A stretch of DNA of 5,714 nt, counting the filler, from an uncultured virus (IMG/VR IMGVR_UViG_2061766007_001503) (Duplodnaviria > Heunggongvirae > Uroviricota > Caudoviricetes). It is 3 parts of one record of this genome, joined end to end, with 100 filler letters (N's around TTAATTAATTAA, not from the genome) between each part and the next. Parts side by side here need not be neighbours in the genome. Positions count along the whole stretch, not along the records: positions 1 to 1,536 come from IMGVR_UViG_2061766007_001503; positions 1,637 to 3,599 come from IMGVR_UViG_2061766007_001503; positions 3,700 to 5,714 come from IMGVR_UViG_2061766007_001503. One strand, written 5' to 3'. Positions 1 to 5,714 of the stretch are shown here, one piece after another. The position numbers and the translations under genes were made by a program. Position 1 is the first letter of the stretch. Each line of letters opens with the position of its first letter. The notes beneath the pieces were generated by a model, which saw only the letters and a program-made list of their open reading frames with translations, had not been told where the DNA came from and searched no databases.

Positions 1-479
1 TTGGTCTTCTAAAAATACATAATTTTGTAATATACCATTATAATTATTGCTTCCTACAATATAATTTGGTAAATTATATGATGGTGAAAACAATTCATAA
101 ACATTATTAGATTCAGGCCCAGTACTAAGACAATTTAATTTAGGAATATCAATATCATATGTTTCAAAAAATCTATAATAATTAGTATATGCCCAACAAT
201 ATGTATTATTTAAGTAATTATTATAGATTATTCCGCCTGGACGTTCTTTTTCAACAGGTTCTGATGTATTAAATTCAAATAATCCTTCAAATCCTAAAGG
301 ATTATCTGCATCAAAGACTTCTATATTATATAAAGAATTTATTATTGGTATCTGTAAAGTTAGACTATTTNNNNNNNNNNNNNNNNNNGAAGTATCCCAA
401 TATCTATTTGTTTTTTATATCTAATAGCATCAGCTATATTACTAAAGATAGGTCTAAAAACTTCAAAATTATTAGCCAT
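1..479 (-). CDS. Asn/Tyr-rich protein with N-terminal 'IFSNIADAIRYK' motif; probable paralog of the BspA-like gene upstream (phage surface/adhesin-like family); interrupted by N gap 371-389 and runs off the window end
   Basis: AAGGAGG then ATG at 479 (MANNFEVFRPIFSNIADAIRYKKQ...). After the gap I read one stop-free minus frame from 369 to 1 (NSLTLQIPIINSLYNIEVFDADNPLGFEGLFEFNTSEPVEKERPGGIIYNNYLNNTYCWAY...VFLEDQ). The frame offset across the gap is attributed to the estimated gap length. Confidence 0.7.
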
Positions 480-513
480 AGATAAACCTCCTTTTTTCTC
501 TATATAAATATAT

Positions 514-543
514 AAAAAAAAGAAGGGTAAGATTAAATAATCT
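514..543 (-). terminator. Probable intrinsic terminator, 5' arm partly lost in N gap 544-553
   Basis: Minus strand reads AGATT-ATTT-AATCT-TACCCTT-CTTTTTTTT: an inner stem AGATT/AATCT, an unpaired TACCCTT whose partner would lie in the gap, then a U-tract just before the next gene's leader. Confidence 0.55.
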
Positions 544-553
544 NNNNNNNNNN

Positions 554-1382
554 TAATCAATTGCATTTGTAAAAAAATTGTCAAAATTACTGCTAATATA
601 TTGGAAATTTAATGGTTGATTAAAAGAAATACAATTATATAATAAACCATTTATAAATTGCGAATTTAAAATTTTTTGATCAATTGGTTGATTAAAAGAA
701 ATACAATTATTATATAAATAATGCGCACTATCTACAGTAGATACTGCATCTAAATTTATATTTGTATTATAATTAGCACAATCTTGAAATAAAGAAGATA
801 AATCAACAATTGATCTTAAAAAAGTAATTGTACCATTATAATTTGGGCAATTCATCATTTGTATTGGTCGCCTACAATTACTAGAATAAATAATATTTGA
901 ATTAAAATTAGCTCCTTCTAAACCTATTACAGACATATATGTATTATTATAAGTATGATCATCTATAAAATATGTAGGATAAAACTCTGATTCTAAATAA
1001 GTATTTGCTATAAAAGGATTATATAATATAAAAGATATGTGATTTATATTACTAGGTTTATCTGCAATTATATATAATNNNNNNNNNNNNNNNNNNNNNN
1101 NNNNNNNNNNNNNNNNNNNNNNNNNNNNNNNNNNNNNNNNNNNNNNNNNNNNNNNNNNNNNNNNNNNNNNTTATTTGATATATAATTAAAACAATATCCA
1201 TGAATAGATTCCAAAGCATCATCATCAACAAAAGTTAAATATGGATATGGAGATAATGTAAAAGCGCCATTATTTAAATTTAAAATTGCTTCAGCTAATT
1301 CAGAAGGATAATAATAATTTGTACTATTTTCCTGGTATCTAACTGCATTAGCTATATCTGTAAAAATACTACTTAAAGTCAT
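554..1382 (-). CDS. BspA/DUF285-type leucine-rich-repeat-like surface protein; one gene broken by N gap 1079-1170, 3' end lost in gap 544-553
   Basis: AAAGGAGG then ATG at 1382 (MTLSSIFTDIANAVRYQENSTNYYYPSELAEAILNL). The frame of the 472..936 ORF is open upstream to the gap at 1078 (LYIIADKPSNINHISFILYNPF...), so ATG936 is internal. It has about 24-aa repeats: LFQDCANYNTNINL, LYNNCISFNQPI, LLYNCISFNQPL (cf. the DUF285 consensus MFxxCxxFNQxL). Confidence 0.65.
613..710. repeat. Exact 26-nt direct repeat (TGGTTGATTAAAAGAAATACAATTAT) at 613-638 and 685-710, 72-nt period
   Basis: Read directly. It encodes the duplicated NCISFNQP unit of the BspA-like protein. Confidence 0.9.
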
Positions 1383-1393
1383 GTTATCCTCCT

Positions 1394-1536
1394 TTATAAT
1401 GTAAATAAATAAATATTATAAGTTTCATTATAATAGCCATTAGAAGTATCTGTCCATATAATAGAAGATCCTGTAATACTTAAACTTGGATCTAATGTTG
1501 TTTTATCAAAATAATTAATAAAAGAAGCTGCATAAA
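1394..1536 (-). CDS. 3' end of an upstream gene missed by the ORF track (...YAASFINYFDKTTLDPSLSITGSSIIWTDTSNGYYNETYNIYLFTL*); likely another member of the same Asn/Tyr-rich family
   Basis: Stop-free minus frame from the contig edge to TAA at 1396-1394, which abuts the AGGAGG of the next gene. The composition matches its neighbours. Confidence 0.65.
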
Positions 1537-1636
1537 NNNNNNNNNNNNNNNNNNNNNNNNNNNNNNNNNNNNNNNNNNNNTTAATTAATTAANNNNNNNN
1601 NNNNNNNNNNNNNNNNNNNNNNNNNNNNNNNNNNNN
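1537..1636. other. Artificial contig-joining spacer (44 N + TTAATTAATTAA six-frame stop linker + 44 N)
   Basis: Exactly 100 nt and symmetric, with a palindromic all-frame stop linker at 1581-1592. The identical construct occurs at 3600-3699. Confidence 0.95.
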
Positions 1637-2178
1637 TTGTGGAATAATGTTAATTAAATCTTGAGCCTTACCAGCTAATTGCATAGTATAAAGTCCTTTA
1701 AGAATATCGTCTTCAATCTGACTTTCAATTTCCTTATAACATTCATTATAAAATTTCTTTGCGTTAAAGAAATTCTGCTCTGCAAAAACAGGTTTTCTTT
1801 CAAGACATTCAATGTATGTGAAATAATGTCCAACCATCATTTCCGCAGTAAATCTTGCAATAGAACCATTAAAAGGATTTTTCTTTCTACAAAACTTAAT
1901 TGCATTAATAGATGCAATAGTAGCTCCCCATTGACAAAGATCAAAATTGTACTGCGGCATACCATTCTCGTCTTGCCCAATTCTAGTAATAGAATGCTCA
2001 GAGCCAACCCGCCATAAATATACTGGAGTATCTTTAATAACATTGATCATCAAAGGGCTCCCTTCAATAGTCATGCGGATCTTCCAATTTAACTCACCAT
2101 CTTCCATAGCGCGCAATTGAGTGAAACCAATTCCATTCTTGCGAAGAAAAGCTACATTGTAGAGTCTCCCAAAAACCC
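1637..2178 (-). CDS. Glycosyltransferase family 2 (GT-A), exon 2 (3'-truncated at contig end)
   Basis: Continues the GT-A fold: (W)VFGRLYNVAFLRKNGIGF, then the acidic 'MED' motif, then YLWR...SITR, as typical of the C-terminal half of GT2 domains. It begins right after the intron's terminal G (2179). Confidence 0.85.
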
Positions 2179-3111
2179 CATTATATTCCATATAAATCGC
2201 TACTTTATATGCGTTCTCTTATGAACTGCTTATAGTTTCCTATAAGATTAGACTATATCACAATCTTTTCAGATTTCTACCATTTCAGAGGCGCTTGCCC
2301 CTTACTTCCTTTCGGAATAGTCGTTGAACTTTACTTTAATCACTTATATACCTCCAATTACTTTGAGTAACTCTCTTAAAATTATTTTCACAATGTCTTT
2401 TAATTGTTTCTCTTTTTACACCAGTGGCTTTACTAGCAGCTAGCATTGAAGGATAAATTGTATGAGTTGGAATATATTCAACTCTTTTACTCGATAATTC
2501 ATTACCAGTTTTTTTATAAATAGGACCAAACTCTTCATATTCATTTAACTGCATCCAATGGAAACCTCCTGCAGTTACTCTTGAAGGTGCATGCCTTGCA
2601 CATTCTGCAATATGGCAACCATTAATGTTAGTTTGCCTTGATGCTTCTGCGGCAGAGAGATATATTTGAGACGTTTCTAAACAGATAATAGGAATATCAT
2701 TTCGAGGAGGAAGGTCTCCGCCAGGGGTTAAATTATATCCATTTTGGTAAGAATCATAATAAGAAATCCAATAAATTTCTCTATTATTTAATTGATCATT
2801 ATTAATTTCTTCAATAACACCCCAATTAAAATTATCTTTACCATATTTTCTTAATGCTCTATGAAAATATAATTCGCTCCCTAAAGAAGCCTCTTCAATG
2901 TGATGATACCATCTTTTTTCTACCTCTTGTATAGTTTGTCCTATATATATTTTATGATTTATTAAATTTTCTACTTTATAAATAATGCCCAATATTTAGT
3001 TTTCGTGATTAAAGTCTTAGCTGCTGATTGCCCTCGACTTTACGTTAGGGGTTCCAGCAATTAGATAGATTTTTCGATATGCATTTCTGCATAAAGCCGC
3101 CGGTTAAATTA
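2179..3111 (-). ncRNA. Group I self-splicing intron, subgroup IA2-like, 933 nt, with homing endonuclease ORF in L6
   Basis: Minus strand elements: P1 exon CCGU(3115-3112)/IGS GCGG(3100-3097) with U-G at the 5' splice site; P2 TATGCA-GAAA-TGCATA (3093-3078); P3 TCTATC(3069-3064)/GGTAGA(2281-2276); P AATTGCTGGAA (3062-3052); Q AATCAGCAG (3029-3021); P6a ACTTTAATCAC(3015-3005)/GTGATTAAAGT(2343-2333); R GTTCAACGACTA (2329-2318); P7.1 TTCC-GAAA-GGAA; P7.2 AGGGGC-AAGC-GCCTCT; P8 AATCT-GAAA-AGATT; S GTGATATAGTCT (2261-2250); P9 CTTATAG-GAAA-CTATAAG; P9.1; P9.2 CATATAAA..TTTATATG; terminal G 2179; P10 AACC(3105-3102)/exon GGTT(2177-2174). Confidence 0.93.
2336..2992 (-). CDS. Intron-encoded GIY-YIG homing endonuclease with two C-terminal NUMOD1-like HTH DNA-binding modules
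   Basis: GIIY...IYIGQT, conserved Arg (KRWYHH), Glu (NNREIYWI) and GYN of the GIY-YIG domain. Two modules follow: PIICLETSQIYLSAAEASRQTNINGCHIAECA and KRVEYIPTHTIYPSMLAASKATGVKRETIKRHC. TTG start at 2992. Confidence 0.92.
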   Translation of the reverse strand: MGIIYKVENLINHKIYIGQTIQEVEKRWYHHIEEASLGSELYFHRALRKYGKDNFNWGVIEEINNDQLNNREIYWISYYDSYQNGYNLTPGGDLPPRNDIPIICLETSQIYLSAAEASRQTNINGCHIAECARHAPSRVTAGGFHWMQLNEYEEFGPIYKKTGNELSSKRVEYIPTHTIYPSMLAASKATGVKRETIKRHCENNFKRVTQSNWRYISD

Positions 3112-3571
3112 ACGGATGTCCCACATCGCCGCGTGGAATAAATCGAACACCTTGAGGGTTATCTCTTACCTCTTGACAGAAAGGAGCTTGAACCTCAATA
3201 ACTTCGGGTTTATTTACTCCTCTGAGTAAAAATTCAATAGAAAATGGAGTGAAGAATACATCATCAGCATCTATAAAAGTAATCCAGTCAGTTTCTGCAG
3301 CATCAAGACATCTCTGTCTTGCGAGTCCCGGCCCTGTATTTTTCTCACAATCGAGAATTGTAATATCAAGATGCGGAAATGCTGATTTTACAAATTCATA
3401 ATCATCTTCAGGATTATCTTTAGCGATGATAACTGAAATCATATCTCTGACAGTCTGAATAGAAATAGAGGAAAGACAGTCTATGATATGGGTCTCCGCC
3501 TTAAAAGCGGGGATACCAACAGTTACTCTCTTTTGTATATCTTCTCTTGTTTTTGTTTGATGCTTACTCAT
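3112..3571 (-). CDS. Glycosyltransferase family 2 (GT-A), exon 1
   Basis: AAGGAG RBS before ATG 3571. Motifs VTVGIPAFKAE..IIDCLSSI..QT, NTGPGLARQRCLDAA and WITFIDADD (DxD). The ORF stops at TAA 3106-3104 a few nt inside the intron, as is typical of phage group I introns. Confidence 0.9.
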
Positions 3572-3599
3572 TCAATTATCTCCTTGTATCTCTTATTAT

Positions 3600-3699
3600 N
3601 NNNNNNNNNNNNNNNNNNNNNNNNNNNNNNNNNNNNNNNNNNNTTAATTAATTAANNNNNNNNNNNNNNNNNNNNNNNNNNNNNNNNNNNNNNNNNNNN
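3600..3699. other. Artificial contig-joining spacer (44 N + TTAATTAATTAA + 44 N)
   Basis: Same 100-nt construct as 1537-1636, with the linker at 3644-3655. Confidence 0.95.
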
Positions 3700-3859
3700 A
3701 TTTTTTATAATTATTATTTTCTTCAAAATAATGATATTTATGACAAAGTTGATAACCATCTAATCCTATAAAACCAAAATAATCACTTAATTGTGAATGA
3801 GTCATTAAGCCTTCAATCATATGTTCGCTTAATTTACTAAAGATTTCTTCTATTGTCAT
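3700..3859 (-). CDS. Ferritin-like four-helix protein, 5' part only (truncated by spacer)
   Basis: ATGA overlap with the upstream gene and a GGAG RBS. MIEGLMTHSQLSDYFGFIGLDGYQLCHKYHYFEE resembles ferritin helices A-B (E..A...Y..M..YF....L.G...FF.....EE..H). Confidence 0.6.
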
Positions 3860-4263
3860 AATTTCTCCACAGTAATAGCTACATTAGTAACAGTAGAAGC
3901 AATCCCGCTTAAAACAAAAGTAAGATTAGAGAGTCCTTCACAACATGAACAGAATTCACGAACAATCGAAGTAAGTGAAAGATTTATAAAATCTCCTGCG
4001 GCGGCCGCGGTTTCCGTAGCGGTAGCCCCTTGGAGCTCTGTGCCATCTTTATAAATTGTTACAGTAGCTTCACCGGTTTCAGTAGGAGCCAATGTAATAC
4101 TAGCATCTATTTTATAATAACCAGTTCCCGCAATTTGAATAACATTCCCAGCTAAAGAAATATTAGGACCAAATCTTCTTACTATTGTTCCTGGTAAAAT
4201 AATACCATCAACGGGTACTTCTTGATTAGATGTATTAACAACATATAAAGCTGATTTACTCAT
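3856..4263 (-). CDS. Hypothetical 135-aa beta-rich protein, BclA C-terminal/C1q-TNF-like jelly roll predicted
   Basis: AAGGAGG RBS. The pattern 'I.LAGNVIQIAGTGYYKIDASITL...ATVTIYKDG..L.GA....T' and terminal 'NVAITVEKL' resemble the BclA-CTD-like fold. It has a CSCC loop. Confidence 0.6.
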   Translation of the reverse strand: MSKSALYVVNTSNQEVPVDGIILPGTIVRRFGPNISLAGNVIQIAGTGYYKIDASITLAPTETGEATVTIYKDGTELQGATATETAAAAGDFINLSLTSIVREFCSCCEGLSNLTFVLSGIASTVTNVAITVEKL

Positions 4264-4280
4264 ATATTTTCCTCCTTAAT

Positions 4281-4314
4281 AAAAAGAAGGCGCCGCAGTT
4301 ATACTACGGCGCCC
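4281..4314 (-). terminator. Intrinsic terminator / stabilising hairpin inside the cassette
   Basis: Minus strand GGCGCCGTAG-TATAA-CTGCGGCGCC followed by TTCTTTTT, a few nt after the stop of the 233-aa gene and directly before the next RBS. Confidence 0.85.
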
Positions 4315-4320
4315 AAACAT

Positions 4321-5022
4321 TTAAATTGCACCGCATCCGCATCCTGTATTAAAACAAGGTGAGGGAACTGCATAGAAAGTATTGCTCGGATAACGAACAA
4401 CAGAAGCAAGCTGATTCTGAAGTTCAAGAGCATTGATTTGCTGTTGCATATCTGCCATTCTGTTTCCAGTGATGGCGTCAAGGATTTTCTGAGTTTGTGC
4501 GGTTGTGTTTGCATTAATTGCGGCGGTGTTCATAGCAGCATCATATCTGCTTTGCGCAATATTTGCATTAATACCTGCACCGATCTCGCTCATGAGCATC
4601 TTTGTAGAGCAGCAGCATTCATTCTGATTAGCTATTGATTGCTGAACTGCAGAACCTACACTGAGAATATCTCTGTCAAGTTCAGAATATTTATCGCCAA
4701 CATAACCAACAATGTCATGATAAACCTGATTTGTAGTAGCTACAGACTGAGCGGTCCCCGCATTAACAGCTGCTAAAATATCTCTCTGATTAGCCATAGA
4801 ATTCTGGTTATCAAACCCACGCTGAACTTCATTGGAGGTTGCTAAATTTTCATAACCAATGGCATTAGCAAATCCATTTCCGCCCCAACCAAGGCCACCA
4901 AAACCGCCATTAGCTAAGATAAGTAAAGCGAAAATCCATAAAAATGAATTATCTCCCCACATACCATCGTTCTTTCCACTTAATAAAGCTACATCACTTG
5001 CACTAAGACCATTTTCTCCCAT
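4321..5022 (-). CDS. Conserved-type hypothetical 233-aa protein: hydrophobic segment, Gly-rich linker, coiled-coil core, Cys motifs (ECCC; C-terminal CFNTGCGCG)
   Basis: GAAAGGAG RBS before ATG 5022. Segment SFLWIFALLILANGGFGGLGWGG; long Ala/Gln/Asn helical region. I recognise the architecture from uncharacterised Firmicute phage/prophage genes but cannot assign a function. Confidence 0.85.
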   Translation of the reverse strand: MGENGLSASDVALLSGKNDGMWGDNSFLWIFALLILANGGFGGLGWGGNGFANAIGYENLATSNEVQRGFDNQNSMANQRDILAAVNAGTAQSVATTNQVYHDIVGYVGDKYSELDRDILSVGSAVQQSIANQNECCCSTKMLMSEIGAGINANIAQSRYDAAMNTAAINANTTAQTQKILDAITGNRMADMQQQINALELQNQLASVVRYPSNTFYAVPSPCFNTGCGCGAI

Positions 5023-5041
5023 AGAATATCTCCTTTCAATT

Positions 5042-5332
5042 TTAGGAATTTAAAAATTGATCTGGATCTATCCCATTCTGTTGTGCATATTGATAAAAAA
5101 ATTGTTTTGCACTCATTCCACTTTGTTGAAATAACTGCATAATATTTTGCATTTGAGGATTTTTTAAAAGAATATTTTGAATGATTGAAGAAGGATCAGA
5201 TTGACCCTGTAAGATATTTCGAAGCATATTAAGGTTACTTCTTAGGGACGGATACGATTTTTGCTTTAGAGATGGTATACTCTGGTTCATCTGTCCCTGT
5301 TGTGGATTGAGCTGTTGAAATAGGCTGTTCAT
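5042..5332 (-). CDS. Small Gln/Met/Asn-rich helical hypothetical protein (NPQ...GIDP motif)
   Basis: AGGAG at 5350-5346 upstream. DPSSIIQNILLKNPQMQNIMQL...SAKQFFYQYAQQNGIDPDQF. It ends 20 nt before the next start. Confidence 0.8.
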   Translation of the reverse strand: MNSLFQQLNPQQGQMNQSIPSLKQKSYPSLRSNLNMLRNILQGQSDPSSIIQNILLKNPQMQNIMQLFQQSGMSAKQFFYQYAQQNGIDPDQFLNS

Positions 5333-5678
5333 TATTGTTTAAAATCTCCTTAATTAACCCAATTAATTCATCTTTTTTGACATATTGAGATAGATCCAAA
5401 TCATTAGTTTGATTATTTGTAGAAGGTAATTCTTCTACATAACTAAAGATACGTAAAGAACACATCCCAATATTATCACTAACCTTAATATACATTTTAC
5501 CTTCAACTTCACTATCTAATAAAATTACCATACTATTAGGGGCGAGTTGCCAGGCCTTCGCACCTTCGATCCCCTGAACCCATACTATATTATTTGTAGA
5601 TGTTGAAGAAAGGTAATTGTTTGTGGGAAATTGTTTTTGAGAAAACATAGTATTCCCCATAGGTGTAAAATTATTCAT
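5235..5678 (-). CDS. Hypothetical 147-aa protein with WVQGxEGAKA...LLDSE...YIK.SD..G motif
   Basis: AAGGAGG RBS before ATG 5678. A compact beta-rich core is followed by YVKKDEL and a low-complexity tail. First gene of the cassette in this window. Confidence 0.85.
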   Translation of the reverse strand: MNNFTPMGNTMFSQKQFPTNNYLSSTSTNNIVWVQGIEGAKAWQLAPNSMVILLDSEVEGKMYIKVSDNIGMCSLRIFSYVEELPSTNNQTNDLDLSQYVKKDELIGLIKEILNNNEQPISTAQSTTGTDEPEYTISKAKIVSVPKK

Positions 5679-5714
5679 AGAGCCTCCTTGATGTATATTA
5701 GAATAGTCTTTAAA

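Noticed and set aside
360..584. 74-aa ORF and the C-terminal RLFNLTLLFF... tail of the 472..936 ORF
   Set aside because: Both read through an N gap, a terminator and an RBS. The real start is ATG 479.
613..710. 26-nt direct repeat as a mini CRISPR array
   Set aside because: Only two copies, non-palindromic, with a 72-nt in-frame period matching a protein repeat, and no cas genes.
1394..1536. DGR variable region at a gene C-terminus
   Set aside because: No template repeat or reverse transcriptase is visible in the window, so it cannot be supported.
1581..1592. TTAATTAATTAA palindrome (also 3644-3655) as a biological repeat or att site
   Set aside because: It is centred in symmetric 44-N runs, so it is an assembly linker. 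The ORF ends at 1589 and 3644 ('LIN*') are artefacts of it.
1679..2043. ORFs 1679..2017 (+) and 1837..2043 (-)
   Set aside because: Antisense or alternate-frame shadows of GT exon 2, with no SD or recognisable motifs.
2179..2191. ATG at 2191 as the start of an independent 200-aa gene (MEYNG...)
   Set aside because: It has no SD and lies inside intron stem P9.2. The downstream sequence is the C-terminal half of the GT2 domain (exon 2).
3104..3571. Truncated GT2 pseudogene disrupted by a free-standing endonuclease
   Set aside because: An intact group I core and exact in-frame splice junction explain the interruption.
4299..5053. ORFs 4299..4514 (-), 4438..4638 (+) and 4859..5053 (+)
   Set aside because: Shadows of the 233-aa gene. 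One runs into the terminator and none has a convincing RBS.
1..5714. Alternative genetic code (TAG/TGA recoding) as in some large gut phages
   Set aside because: All gene fragmentation is explained by N gaps and the intron. Frames are open under code 11 and TGA serves as a stop in an ATGA overlap at 3856-3859.

Overview
AT-rich sequence that looks like a large phage (or prophage/MGE) of a gut Firmicute. All credible genes are on the minus strand, most with strong AGGAG(G) Shine-Dalgarno sites. The window is not one continuous molecule: two artificial 100-nt spacers (44 N + TTAATTAATTAA + 44 N, at 1537-1636 and 3600-3699) join three separate pieces. Piece 3 (3700-5714) is a five-gene, translationally coupled cassette of uncharacterised proteins: a WVQG-motif protein, a Gln-rich small protein, a Gly/Cys-rich 233-aa protein, a beta-rich BclA-CTD-like protein and a truncated ferritin-like protein, with an internal terminator. 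Piece 2 (1637-3599) is a family-2 glycosyltransferase gene split by a 933-nt group I intron (IA2-type, 2179-3111). The intron carries a GIY-YIG/NUMOD1 homing endonuclease in its P6 loop, and splicing restores ...GHP-W-VFGRLY.... Piece 1 (1-1536) is a gapped tandem run of Asn/Tyr/Ile-rich genes; two share an N-terminal IxxA(I/V)R motif and one has BspA/DUF285-type repeats. The best-supported novelty is a self-splicing, homing intron in a glycosyltransferase gene.
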